From the NCBI GenBank assembly GCA_002269645.1, contig NIVC01003295.1:42027-106026 (forward strand): a stretch of 64,000 bases of DNA, given 5' to 3'. Below, one piece after another: positions 11,466 through 24,197 of the stretch. The first letter of the stretch is position 1, and the number at the start of each line of letters is the position of its first letter. This stretch comes from Macrostomum lignano (taxonomy: Eukaryota). The translations under genes were made by a program, and so were the position numbers. A model generated the notes under the pieces. It was given only the letters and a program-made list of their open reading frames with translations. It was not told the DNA's origin and ran no database searches.

Positions 11466-11556
11466 CATGCAAGAACTCACCCATAGCGGTGAACACAGCC
11501 TCAAGATTTTCGTCTCGGTAAGAAGACCATTTGCCGAACAGTTCTGAGTTTGCCAT
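10267..11556 (-). CDS. FABP: Fatty-acid-binding protein / intracellular lipid-binding protein (~145 aa); exons 11556-11481, 11341-11157, 11060-10935, 10317-10267
   Basis: Spliced translation: MANSELFGKWSSYRDENLEAVFTAMG|VSWIGKKLGSKLNVSVSIE...TELN|CLACWEDGKLVIH...RELLDNGELLL|TIIWDGITAKRWFRRD*. It has the FxGKW motif and three introns (phases 1,0,0) at the canonical FABP positions. TATAAAA at 11656-11650. Confidence 0.9.
10357..10886. repeat. (GGAA)n microsatellite in FABP intron 3
   Basis: Direct observation. Confidence 0.98.
11359..11462. repeat. (CTGT)n microsatellite in FABP intron 1
   Basis: Direct observation. Confidence 0.95.
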
Positions 11557-11902
11557 GTCTGCAGTGGCACTGGCAGATCTTCAATCAAACGACTAAAAAG
11601 AAATGACGCAGTAAAACACAAATGCCCCTTCATTGATGCGCGAGTCGACTTTTATAAGTTTCTGTTCGTCCGGAATTCAGTTCAAAATTCTGAGCCGTCT
11701 GTGCGGAAACTGGAAAGCAGATCAGTGTCTGTCTGGAAGATTTCGGTCGTGAGAAAACTAAACAAAACTAGCAAGTGCCTTCTTGTGGTGTTGTAAAATG
11801 GACTGAAATATTATAAAACTTGAAACTGGAGACTTCTGCAACTGCGGAAAATTATTGACTAGCACGTGACAGAAGCTCTGCATTGTAACATACAACCTAT
11901 CC

Positions 11903-12170
<268 letters not shown>

Positions 12171-12234
12171 GGTGAGGACTAAGGTGAGAATGAGGCGGAA
12201 GAGTTAGATCAAAAAGCAGGCTAAGCAGAATCAT

Positions 12235-12403
12235 TACACTGAGCACAAACGGAACTCCCGAGCAGTGTTCCAATGCCCATCGAATCCCATGCAGGTTCTT
12301 ATAAGTCGGATTGTGGTAATGATCTTTAAAATTTGTCACCACCAAATCGCCGAACTCGTCGCTCTGCTTGTTAAAGTCGTCGATTTTCGTCCTGATCGGC
12401 GGA
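12235..12403 (-). pseudogene. Orphan exon of a beta-1,3-galactosyltransferase (GT31) family gene
   Basis: Translation QSDEFGDLVVTNFKDHYHNPTYKNLHGIRWALEHCSGVPFVLS matches the GT31 pattern E...GD....F.D.Y.NLT.K....W...C....FV. It is preceded by a CAG acceptor. The expected DDD motif and other exons were not found. Confidence 0.65.
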
Positions 12404-12410
12404 CTGCAAG

Positions 12411-15090
12411 GGGGTGCCAAAGCTACTGCAGGTGGCGCCAAAGCTACTGCAGGGGGCGCCAAAGCTACTGCAGGTGGTGCCAAAGCTACTGCAGGTGGCG
12501 CCAAAGCTACTGTAGGTGGCGCCAAAGCTACTGTAGGTGGCGCCAAAGCTACTGCAGGGGGCGCCAAAGCTACTGCAGGGGGCGCCAAAGCTACTGCAGG
12601 GGTGCCAAAGGCGCCAAATACTGCAGGGGGTGCCAAAGGCGCCAAATACTGCAGGGGGTGCCAAAGGCGCCAAATACTGCAGGGGGTGCCAAAGGCGTCA
12701 AATACTGCAGGGGGTGCCAAAGGCGCCAAATACTGCAGGGGGTGCCAAAGGCGCCAAATACTGCAGGGGGTGCCAAAGGCGCCAAATACTGCAGGGGGTG
12801 CCAAAGGCGCCAAATACTGCAGGGGGCGCCAAAGCTACTGCAGGGGGTGCCAAAGGCGCCAAATACTGCAGGGGGTGCCAAAGGCGCCAAATACTGCAGG
12901 GGGCGCCAAAGCTACTGCAGGGGGTGCCAAAGGCGCCAAATACTGCAGGGGGTGCCAAAGGCGCCAAATACTGCAGGGGGTGCCAAAGGCGCCAAATACT
13001 GCAGGGGGCGCCAAAGCTACTGCAGGGGTGCCAAAGGCGCCAAATACTGCAGGGGGTGCCAAAGGCGCCAAATACTGCAGGGGGTGCCAAAGGCGCCAAA
13101 TACTGCAGGGGTGCCAAAGGCGCCAAATACTGCAGCGGTGCCAATGCTACTGCAGGGGGTGCCAAAGCTACTGCAGGTGGTGCCAAAGCTACTGCAGGGG
13201 GTGCCAAAGCTACTGCAGGTGGCGCCAAAGCTACTGCAGGGGGTGCCAAAGCTACTGCAGGGGGTGCCAAAGCTACTGCAGGGGGCGCCAAAGCTACTGC
13301 AGGTGGTGCCAAAGCTACTGCAGGTGGCGCCAAAGCTACTGCAGGGGGCGCCAAAGCTACTGCAGGGGGTGCCAAAGCTACTGCAGGGGGTGCCAAAGCT
13401 ACTGCAGGGGGTGCAAAAGCTACTGCAGGGGGTGCCAAAGGCGCCAAATACTGCAGGGGGTGCCAAAGGCGCCAAATACTGCAGGGGGTGCCAAAGGCGC
13501 CAAATACTGCAGGGGGTGCCAAAGCTACTGCAGGGGGTGCCAAAGCTACTGCAGGTGGCGCCAAAGCTACTGCAGGGGGCGCCAAAGCTACTGCAGGTGG
13601 TGCCAAAGCTACTGCAGGGGGTGCCAAAGCTACTGCAGGTGGCGCCAAAGCTACTGCAGGGGGTGCCAAAGCTACTGCAGGGGGTGCCAAAGCTACTGCA
13701 GGGGGCGCCAAAGCTACTGCAGGTGGTGCCAAAGCTACTGCAGGTGGCGCCAAAGCTACTGCAAGGGGCGCCAAAGCTACTGCAGGGGGTGCCAAAGCTA
13801 CTGCAGGGGGTGCCAAAGCTACTGCAGGGGGTGCAAAAGCTACTGCAGGGGGTGCCAAAGGCGCCAAATACTGCAGGGGGTGCCAAAGGCGCCAAATACT
13901 GCAGGGGGTGCCAAAGGCGCCAAATACTGCAGGGGGTGCCAAAGCTACTGCAGGGGGTGCCAAAGCTACTGCAGGGGGCGCCAAAGCTACTGCAGGGGGC
14001 GCCAAAGCTACTGCAGGTGGTGCCAAAGCTACTGCAGGTGGCGCCAAAGCTACTGCAGGTGGCGCCAAAGCTACTGCAGGGGGTGCCAAAGCTACTGCAG
14101 GTGGCGCCAAAGCTACTGCAGGGGGTGCCAAAGCTACTGCAGGGGGTGCCAAAGCTACTGCAGGGGGCGCCAAAGCTACTGCAGGTGGTGCCAAAGCTAC
14201 TGCAGGTGGCGCCAAAGCTACTGCAGGGGGCGCCAAAGCTACTGCAGGGGGTGCCAAAGCTACTGCAGGGGGTGCCAAAGCTACTGCAGGGGGTGCAAAA
14301 GCTACTGCAGGGGGTGCCAAAGGCGCCAAATACTGCAGGGGGTGCCAAAGGCGCCAAATACTGCAGGGGGTGCCAAAGGCGCCAAATACTGCAGGGGGTG
14401 CCAAAGCTACTGCAGGGGGTGCCAAAGCTACTGCAGGTGGCGCCAAAGCTACTGCAGGGGCGCCAAAGCTACTGCAGGTGGTGCCAAAGCTACTGCAGGT
14501 GGCGCCAAAGCTACTGCAGGTGGCGCCAAAGCTACTGCAGGGGGTGCCAAAGCTACTGCAGGGGGTGCCAAAGCTACTGCAGGGGGCGCCAAAGCTACTG
14601 CAGGTGGTGCCAAAGCTACTGCAGGTGGCGCCAAAGCTACTGCAGGGGGCGCCAAAGCTACTGCAGGGGGTGCCAAAGCTACTGCAGGGGGTGCCAAAGC
14701 TACTGCAGGGGGTGCAAAAGCTACTGCAGGGGGTGCCAAAGCTACTGCAGGGGGTGCCAAAGCTACTGCAGGGGGTGCAAAAGCTACTGCAGGGGGCGCC
14801 AAAGCTACTGCAGGTGGCGCCAAAGCTACTGCAGGGGGCGCCAAAGCTACTGCAGGGGGCGCCAAAGCTACTTCAGGGGGCGCCAAAGCTACTGCAGGGG
14901 GCGCCAAAGCTACTGCAGGGGGCGCCAAAGCTACTGCAGGGGGCGCCAAAGCTACTGCAGGGGGCGCCAAAGCTACTGCAGGGGGCGCCAAAGCTACTGC
15001 AGGTGGCGCCAAAGCTACTGCAGGGGGCGCCAAAGCTACTGCAGGGGGCGCCAAAGCTACTGCAGGGGCGCCAAAGCTACTGCAGGTGGT
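12411..15090. repeat. GC-rich satellite, 21-bp unit (GGTGCCAAAGCTACTGCAGGG) mixed with a ~29-bp variant (...GGCGCCAAATACTGCAG)
   Basis: More than 100 units over 2.7 kb; accounts for the 870-948 aa ORFs. Confidence 0.98.
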
Positions 15091-15189
15091 GCATATGCTT
15101 TTGCCAACTGATTAGGGGTGGGTTAGGGTTAAGCCTAACAGAAGGCTGACTGTGGGTCGACAGGCGCACTGATTTGCAAAGGGCTCCAC

Positions 15190-15444
15190 TTGCATGCTGC
15201 CCCAATTCAGAAGCAGGTCGCGAGCTGGGGCGTGCAGCAGGAGCGGCGCCGCAGTGACGCCAGCCAGTTCCCCTCAGTGCGGCCCTGGGCTGGCATCCAC
15301 TCGGCCGGCCAGAGCGAGGCCGTCTTCCCGGACAGTGCTGGTCGCCGAGGCCAAGCAGTGGCTTTCGAACTCGCGAATGTCCAAGACTGGACGGCCCGGT
15401 GGCCCGACCTAAACCCGATTGAGAACGCTTGGGCGCTGCTATAG
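15190..15444 (+). mobile_element. Degenerate Tc1/mariner-like (IS630-Tc1) DDE transposase fragment
   Basis: DWTARWPDLNPIENAWALL resembles the Tc1 motif DWPxxSPDLNPIENxW. In-frame stop at 15442-15444; flanked on both sides by satellites. Confidence 0.75.
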
Positions 15445-15484
15445 GCGAGGAAGGCGTGGAGGCGAGGCTGGTGGGGAGCATGCC

Positions 15485-18116
15485 TGGGATCTGGGATCAG
15501 CATGGGATTTGGGGTCAGCATGGGATCTGGGGTCAGCATGGGATCTGGGATCAGCATGGGATCTGGGGTCAGCATGGGATCTGGGGTCAGCATGGGATCT
15601 GGGGTCAGCATGGGATCTGAGATCAGCATGGGATCTGAGATCAGCATGGGATCTGGGATCAGCATGGGATCTGGGGTCAGCATGGGATCTGGGGTCAGCA
15701 TGGGATCTGGGGTCAGCATGGGATCTGGGGTCAGCATGGGATCTGGGGTCAGCATGGGATCTGAGATCAGCATGGGATCTGGGGTCAGCATGGGATCTGG
15801 GGTCAGCATGGGATCTGGGGTCAGCATGGGATCTGGGGTCAGCATGGGATCTGAGATCAGCATGGGATCTGGGATCAGCATGGGATCTGGGATCAGCATG
15901 GGATCTGGGGTCAGCATGGGATCTGGGGTCAGCATGGGATCTGAGATCAGCATGGGATCTGGGATCAGCATGGGATCTGGGGTCAGCATGGGATCTGAGA
16001 TCAGCATGGGATCTGGGATCAGCATGGGATCTGGGACCAGCATGGGATCTGGAACCAGCATGGGATCTGGAACCAGCATGGGATCTGGAACCAGCATGGG
16101 ATCTGGAACCAGCATGGGATCTGGGATCAGCATGGGATCTGGGATCAGCATGGGATCTGAAATCAGCATGGGATCTGGGATCAGCATGGGATCTGGGACC
16201 AGCATGGGATCTGGAACCAGCATGGGATCTGGGATCAGCATGGGATCTGAGATCAGCATGGGATCTGGGATCAGCATGGGATCTGGGATCAGCATGGGAT
16301 CTGGGGTCAGCATGGGATCTGGGGTCAGCATGGGATCTGGGGTCAGCATGGGATCTGAGATCTGAGATCAGCATGGGATCTGGAACCAGCATGGGATCTG
16401 GAACCAGCATGGGATCTGGAACCAGCATGTGATCTGGAACCAGCATGGGATCTGGAACCAGCATGGGATCTGGAACCAGCATGGGATCTGAGATCAGCAT
16501 GGGATCTGGGATCAGCATGGGATCTGGGATCAGCATGGGATCTGGGGTCAGCATGGGATCTGGGGTCAGCATGGGATCTGAGATCAGCATGGGATCTGGG
16601 ATCAGCATGGGATCTGGGACCAGCATGGGATCTGGAACCAGCATGGGATCTGGAACCAGCATGGGATCTGGAACCAGCATGGGATCTGGAACCAGCATGG
16701 GATCTGGGATCAGCATGGGATCTGGGATCAGCATGGGATCTGGGATCAGCATGGGATCTGGGATCAGCATGGGATCTGAGATCAGCATGGGATCTGAGAT
16801 CAGCATGGGATCTGAGATCAGCATGGGATCTGGGATCAGCATGGGATCTGGGGTCAGCATGGGATCTGGGATCAGCATGGGATCTGAAATCAGCATGGGA
16901 TCTGAGATCAGCATGGGATCTGGGACCAGCATGGGATCTGGAACCAGCATGGGATCTGGAACCAGCATGGGATCTGGGATCAGCATGGGATCTGAGATCA
17001 GCATGGGATCTGGGATCAGCATGGGATCTGGGATCAGCATGGGATCTGGGGTCAGTATGGGATCTGGGGTCAGCATGGGATCTGGGGTCAGCATGGGATC
17101 TGAGATCTGAGATCAGCATGGGATCTGGAACCAGCATGGGATCTGGAACCAGCATGGGATCTGGAACCAGCATGGGATCTGGAACCAGCATGGGATCTGG
17201 AACCAGCATGGGATCTGGAACCAGCATGGGATCTGGAACCAGCATGGGATCTGAGATCAGCATGGGATCTGGGATCAGCATGGGATCTGGGATCAGCATG
17301 GGATCTGGGGTCAGCATGGGATCTGGGGTCAGCATGGGATCTGGGGTCAGCATGGGATCTGAGATCAGCATGGGATCTGGGATCAGCATGGGATCTGAGA
17401 TCAGCATGGGATCTGAGATCAGCATGGGATCTGAGATCAGCATGGGATCTGGGATCAGCATGGGATCTGGGATCAGCATGGGATCTGGGATCAGCATGGG
17501 ATCTGAGATCAGCATGGGATCTGAGATCAGCATGGGATCTGCGACCAGCATGGGATCTGGAACCAGCATGGGATCTGGAACCAGCATGGGATCTGGGATC
17601 AGCATGGGATCTGAGATCAGCATGGGATCTGGAACCAGCATGGGATCTGGAACCAGCATGGGATCTGGAACCAGCATGGGATCTGGAACCAGCATGGGAT
17701 CTGGAACCAGCATGGGATCTGGAACCAGCATGGGATCTGAGATCAGCATGGGATCTGGGATCAGCATGGGATCTGGGATCAGCATGGGATCTGGGGTCAG
17801 CATGGGATCTGGGGTCAGCATGGGATCTGGGGTCAGCATGGGATCTGAGATCAGCATGGGATCTGGGATCAGCATGGGATCTGGGACCAGCATGGGATCT
17901 GGAACCAGCATGGGATCTGGAACCAGCATGGGATCTGGAACCAGCATGGGATCTGGAACCAGCATGGGATCTGGAACCAGCATGGGATCTGGAACCAGCA
18001 TGGGATCTGGAACCAGCATGGGATCTGGGATCAGCATGGGATCTGAGATCAGCATGGGATCTGAGATCAGCATGTGATCTGGGATCAGCATGGGATCTGG
18101 GATCAGCATGGGATCC
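15485..18116. repeat. 18-bp satellite (TCAGCATGGGATCTGGGG and variants), 2.6 kb
   Basis: About 145 units with variant blocks; GAGATCTGAGATC junctions at about 16357 and 17102. Confidence 0.98.
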
Positions 18117-18420
18117 CGTAGAAAATGAGAAATCTGGGTGAGCGTGTTGATTTTTCAAAGCTTATAGATTTTAACCCAGTTATTTAGTTTTCATTATAAT
18201 ATTGTAATAATTGCTAATTCAGTATTATTATTACTAGTTATAATTTAACCCTCTCAATGTTAGTCAGCAGTTCAACTTGTTAAGTCGCTGTTTACTTTTA
18301 TCATATTTATTTTCTTATAGCACATTTTTAACAGAACAAAAATATAATTCGAAATACGCTACTAAATTAGTCAAATTGAGTAGTACAATGCGAAATCATC
18401 AATTATTAATAGAAGCTTGA

Positions 18421-20491
18421 TTAGGCAAAATACTTGGCCGCCGCCGCGTCCATTACGCTGGCCAGACGGACGTCCCGACTGGATATGCCACCGCAGGAGT
18501 GCGTGGTCAGCGTGACGTCAACTCGATTGTAGACGTTGAACCACTCCGGGTGGTGGTCCAGCTTCTCAGCGTTCAGGGCCGAGTTGGTCATGAAGGAAAA
18601 TGCCTGGAATTGGGAGAAGATATTAATTGATTTCGGGGCTCTGCGATTGACTGCAAGTCAGATCTCATCCACCACAATAGAATTCAGCAAGTCAGATCTC
18701 ACCCACAATAGAATTCAGCAAGTCAAATCTCACCCACAATAGAATTCAGCAAGTCAAATCTCACCCACAATAGAATTCAGCAAGTCAGATCTCACCCACA
18801 ATAGAATTCAGCAAGTCAAATCTCACCCACAATAGAATTCAGCAAGTCAAATCTCACCCACAATAGAATTCAGCAAGTCAGATCTCACCCACAATAGAAT
18901 TCAGCAAGTCAAATCTCACCCACAATAGAATTCAGCAAGTCAAATCTCACCCACAATAGAATTCAGCAAGTCAAATCTCACCCACAATAGAATTCAGCAA
19001 GTCAAATCTCACCCACAATAGAACTCAGCAAGTCAAATCTCATCCACCACAATAGAATTCAGCAAGTCAAAATCTCACCCACAATAGTATTCAGCAAGTC
19101 AAATCTCACCCACAATAGAATTCAGCAAGTCAAAATCTCACCCACAATAGAATTCAGCAAGTCAAAATCTCACCCACAATAGAATTCAGCAAGTCAAAAT
19201 CTCACCCACAATAGAATTCAGCAAGTCAAATCTCATCCTCCACAATAGAACTCAGCAAGTCAAATCTCATCCACCACAATAGAATTCAGCAAGTCAAAAT
19301 CTCCCCCACAATAGAATTCAGCAAGTCAAATCTCATCCTCCACAATAGAACTCAGCAAGTCAAATCTCATCCACCACAATAGAATTCAGCAAGTCAAAAT
19401 CTCACCCACAATAGAATTCAGCAAGTCAAATCTCATCCTCCACAATAGAACTCAGCAAGTCAAATCTCATCCACCACAATAGAATTCAGCAAGTCAAAAT
19501 CTCCCCCACAATAGAATTCAGCAAGTCAAATCTCATCCTCCACAATAGAACTCAGCAAGTCAAATCTCATCCAGCACAATAGAATTCAGCAAGTCAAAAT
19601 CTCACCCACAATAGAATTCAGCAAGTCAAATCTCATCCTCCACAATAGAACTCAGCAAGTCAAATCTCATCCACCACAATAGAATTCAGCAAGTCAAAAT
19701 CTCCCCCACAATAGAATTCAGCAAGTCAAATCTCATCCTCCACAATAGAACTCAGCAAGTCAAATCTCATCCACCACAATAGAATTCAGCAAGTCAAATC
19801 TCACCCACAATAGTATTCAGCAAGTCAAATCTCACCCACAACAGTATTCAGCAAGTCAAAATCTCACCCACAATAGAATTCAGCAAGTCAAATCTCATCC
19901 ACCACAATAGAATTCAGCAAGTCAAATCTCACCCACAATAGAATTCAGCAAGTCAAATCTCACCCACAATAGAATTCAGCAAGTCAAATCTCACCCACAA
20001 TAGTATTCAGCAAGTCAAAATCTCACCCACAATAGAATTCAGCAAGTCAAATCTCACCCACTCACAATAGTACAATCTCAGTCATGCATAAGATGTTGCT
20101 TTACAATGGTTGTATTTTGCATTTGAGAGTCACAGTAAGCTGTAGGCCTACCCTTAAAAAAATCACCCTTAGGGAAATAGCATGCATGCCTGCTGAAAAT
20201 CCTTGAACTTGTAACTCTTGAAGATGGCATCGCGACCATCAACCAGTTTCCAACTGCTCTGCAGCAGTGGATCCAGCAGCTCCTGTCTCTGCTCTGGGCT
20301 CAGCTTGGAAGGACCCTATGATTGAAAACAACATTGTATAAAAATCTAGCAAATAAATAAAAATGCAAACATGTTAACAGATATACCTTCTTAGTTGGGA
20401 GAGAAGTATCCATGCTAAGTAGTCGTTGTCCAACACACTGCCACAGTCTGCAAGGAAGTACAAGGCCATAGCTTGCATACAAATGTTGCAT
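18421..20491 (-). CDS. PCBD: Pterin-4-alpha-carbinolamine dehydratase (PCBD/DCoH), ~137 aa; exons 20491-20387, 20315-20190, 18603-18421
   Basis: Contains [21 protein letters not shown]|[48 protein letters not shown], including the hallmark DHHPEW motif. Exon phases are consistent. Intron 2 needs a GC donor. Exon 1 is less certain. Confidence 0.92.
18650..20065. repeat. ~31-bp minisatellite in PCBD intron 2 (CACAATAGAATTCAGCAAGTCAAATCTCACC)
   Basis: About 44 units. Confidence 0.97.
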
Positions 20492-21667
20492 TAAAACAGT
20501 TTTTCACTCAATAATGCCAGAAATAAAAGTGATGCAATATTTTAATATGAAATTTAAACATAAAGTCACCTAAAGTACTGTCTTAATAAAATGTTTTAGA
20601 TAACTGAAATATAGATAACTATTTTGCAAAAAATATTTCTTGAAAAAAACAAAGGATTTATTAGATAAAAGATTTTACTCTATATTCTTTTAATAATCAG
20701 TTTTTTACAAAGCTTACTATGCTACTAAACAGCTGACCCTTTTATTCTTTATATCTATTTATATAAATGCAATTAAAAAACTATAATATGGAACTCAATA
20801 AAATCAAGAAAGTGTGATTTAATCGTAAAATAATTACTACAAATATAAAACAAAAAGTGAAATTAATTTTAGTTGCCATCACTTAAAGATAGAATATATT
20901 TTTTAAAACAATATATTATAGTAATTATGGTATTGGTATGATGGCTACACTATGAAAAAGGATGGAGACTAGTTAAATAATTTTATAAATAAGAAAATAA
21001 TAAAATATGCAATGAAAAACCTAAGATCATTGTCATTGAGCAAACAAATATTGTATTGTATAAACTTTCTTGAGAATTTCAATTCAATTGCGAGGTCCAT
21101 GTATATTACTTAGCTGCAGCACATTAGCAGCAAATTTTATACCATTCAAATTAGCTTAACAACACTTCAAGTTTTTAAATCTTCCTCCTATCTCATTTAA
21201 GAATCTAGGTCTAGGTCATCTAGCCAAGCAAGTAATCAGCAATGAATTTTTCATTGGCAGGGTATATTATATTATATAGCTCGTAACGCCTGACGCCTAC
21301 CGCCTAAAATTTTAAACATTCTTAAAAAACATTGTTTTGAAAAATTGCTTTTGTAAATCGTGGCTTTCAAATTAAAACACAGATATTATTGTTTTTAAAA
21401 AATATGTTTTTATCAACTCAAAGTAAAAGCACCAAACAAATTAAACGTGTTTATTATGAGGAAATTTAAATTTGCATAGCACTTAAGCATTTTGAGTTTT
21501 GTTGACTTTGTTTCCTAGTCATTCAAATGAATTGCAAGAACTTTTTAAGGCATTCTCTTGTCCAGTAGATGAGTGAGTACATTTAAATAAACTACCCCGT
21601 TTTAGACATATCAGTTTCTTAAAACAGAAAAGAAGCAGCCTTTGAAGGCGGAGCAATTAAACGGCCA

Positions 21668-21915
21668 ATGTCTACTTGCGCATGCTTTGAAGTTGAAGTA
21701 CAAGCAGCTTATAGTACTGGTCCTGCTTACACAACCGTTGGATTAATTATCGGTCTTATCATCGGCTTCCTTTTAACTTTTATTTTACTATGGATCTTCT
21801 GTTTTAATACGAAGGTACGTTAGATCCTATTTAAAGTATAAAAATGTTATGTAGTTCTTCTTGTCACTTATATTTGTAGATATATTTGCCCCTGTCGTCG
21901 TGGGTTGGAAGCTAG
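21668..21915 (+). CDS. Candidate small single-pass membrane protein (~60 aa; exons 21668-21814 and 21880-21915)
   Basis: MSTCACFEVEVQAAYSTGPAYTTVGLIIGLIIGFLLTFILLWIFCFNTK ends at AAG|GTACGT. A 65-nt intron to TTTGTAG gives IYLPLSSWVGS*. Exon 1 is below the ORF-track length cut-off. Confidence 0.4.
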
Positions 21916-23014
21916 ATTTAGTTTATTGGGTATTGTTTCTGATTTACTAAAATATGTAGTCCCATATACTAAAATGTGATTTTTAGGGCTAAAACTGCAT
22001 GAAAAATAGTTGAAATTTAATTTCACAAAAACGACCCCAGTGAAATTTGCTTGAAATATTTTTCAAGTGTGTAGACATTTGCGTGGATAGCATCGTGGAT
22101 AGGATGTGGATTGCGTGAACTGTATCAAGATATAATTGTCCAATTCATCCATACATACAACAGTGTTATCTACTGCATTAAAGCTTTTTGGTTTGGTATT
22201 TATTCACCAGATATTTGAATTGTTCTCATCCATGCAGACTCGCAGTCGCTGCTACAACACATCCCGGTGTAAAAGGTAGGCTAGGACATCTTTCGTACTC
22301 GACGGGTCCTCACGAGGGAATTGCGTCTGGTTTGGAAAAATGTCTAGTTTTTACAGTAAATCACGCCAAAGGACTATATTCAGTTACTTAATGTAAAAAG
22401 TCCGTCATTCATTGTACTTCTGCGGGTCCGTTATTCGTCCGCAATGGTCCGTTTAGATCCCACTCTAAAAAATGAAAAACATTTACCGCAGATTTCGATT
22501 AGTTTTTTGTTATAATTTTTAATTTAATTAACTTTGTGTACTCCCAACTAGCACTTTGCGAAAGTGTGATTTAAGGTATGTGTCAGCTGAAAAATAACCT
22601 TTTTGTAATTCTCCAGTTGCATGGTTAATTACTACTTGAGATAGTAGAAAAAGTGGCAAAATTTTGTTTTCTAATTTCTTTTCAAAATTTTGTGTTTTGT
22701 GGCTTCGTTCGTGATTGCAGTCACGGGACTTTAGACGCTCTCCAGTTATTTGAAAACCATTCAATCATTTTATGATAATTTTATATTTACGTAGTTAATA
22801 GGCTAATTTTTATGTTTAAATCTTTATCTACATCTTCGAATTGTGTGTCGTGTTATATGTGCCAACGGTCAGTCTGATCATGCTTTACAACTTTTGACTG
22901 TAGGGTTCTTGTGAAATTCTCTCTCACCCTTGACATGTTAGCAACCCTCCTCCCTCGTAAGCATTGACCTCTCAGCAATTCCCCCCAAGCCTTGACACCT
23001 CAGGAATGTTTTTC

Positions 23015-23240
23015 ATGACCCTTCTTTTATGTCTGACATGACGCTTCTTTCATGTCTGACATGATGCTTATTTTATGTTTTACATGACCCTTCTTTTATT
23101 TTGTACATGACGCTTCCTATATTTTTTACATGACGCTTCCTGTTTGTCTTACGTGACACTCCTTTCATTTTTTATATGACGCCTTTTATGTCTGATATGA
23201 TGCTTCTTTTATTTTTTACATGACGCTTCTTTTATTTTTA
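23015..23240. repeat. Degenerate ~23-bp repeat (CATGACGCTTCTTTTATGTCTGA); resumes at about 24285-24385
   Basis: The same motif is seen in two blocks about 1 kb apart. Confidence 0.75.
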
Positions 23241-23689
23241 TGTAATAGTAGGCTAGGGTACTTTTACACGCGTAAGTAGTTATTTCTTGACAAGTTAAAA
23301 CTGCGCGGAAACCGAAAAAGCATTTAAAAAGTTTGCCTTACTGCACGATACATTATCGGTAATTCTTTTTTGTTTTAATTCTGCCCATCAAAACCCTATA
23401 TATACAAGTGAATTTTTGCCGCAAATACACCAGACGCGAACCGACTGAGCCGGCCACTCTCTCGCACGCACTCTCATTTTCGTTGATAAGCCTTGCTTAG
23501 AAATATTTAAATCTTTACGAGTTTTTTACTTTGAATCGAATAAAATCGAAAGCGCTACCAAGAACCTTACTAATAAAGGGAATTGGGAAATTATACAAGC
23601 AAATCGTAAGAGTGACTTTGTGAACCCTCTGATCTCAGTAACGCCCTGGACTGGAAATAGTACATGTTACCAGTAAAACCGCTCGGGCC

Positions 23690-24197
23690 AGAATACATCA
23701 GAAACGCTACCAGGATACGTCAGAAATACTGCCAGAATACATCAAAACTCAGAAACGCTCGGAATACATCAGAAACGCTCAGAATACATCAGAAACGCTC
23801 AGAATACATCAAAAACGCTACCAGAATACATCAGAAACGCTACCAGAATACATCAGAAACGCTACCAGAATACATCAGAAACGCTCAGAATACATTAAAA
23901 ACGTTACCAGAATACATCAGAAACGCTACCAGAATACATCAGAAACGCTCAGAATACATTAAAAACGTTACCAGAATACATCAGAAACGCTACCAGAATA
24001 CATCAGAAACGCTCAGAATACATTAAAAACGTTACCAGAATACATCAGAAACGCTCAGAATACATTAAAAACGTTACCAGAATACATCAGAAACGCTCAG
24101 AATACATCAGAAACGCTCAGAATACATTAAAAACGCTACCAGAATACATCAGAAACGCTACCAGAATACATTAGAAACGCTACCAGAATACATCAGA
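23690..24197. repeat. 20/22-bp minisatellite (CAGAATACATCAGAAACGCT[AC])
   Basis: About 24 units. Confidence 0.95.

Noticed and set aside
15105-15132. Telomeric TTAGGG seed
   Set aside because: Only about two imperfect units; not distinguishable from chance.
12265-18158. Very long ORFs (up to 948 aa; GGAKATA, MGSGIS, DPML repeats) as repetitive structural proteins
   Set aside because: They are open in several frames on both strands because the 21-bp and 18-bp units lack stops; there is no unique domain or splice context.
23342-23353. Alternative PCBD first exon (ATG TAT CGT GCA|GTAAGG)
   Set aside because: A closer phase-compatible exon (20491-20387) with a 71-nt intron explains the gene; there is no further support for this one.
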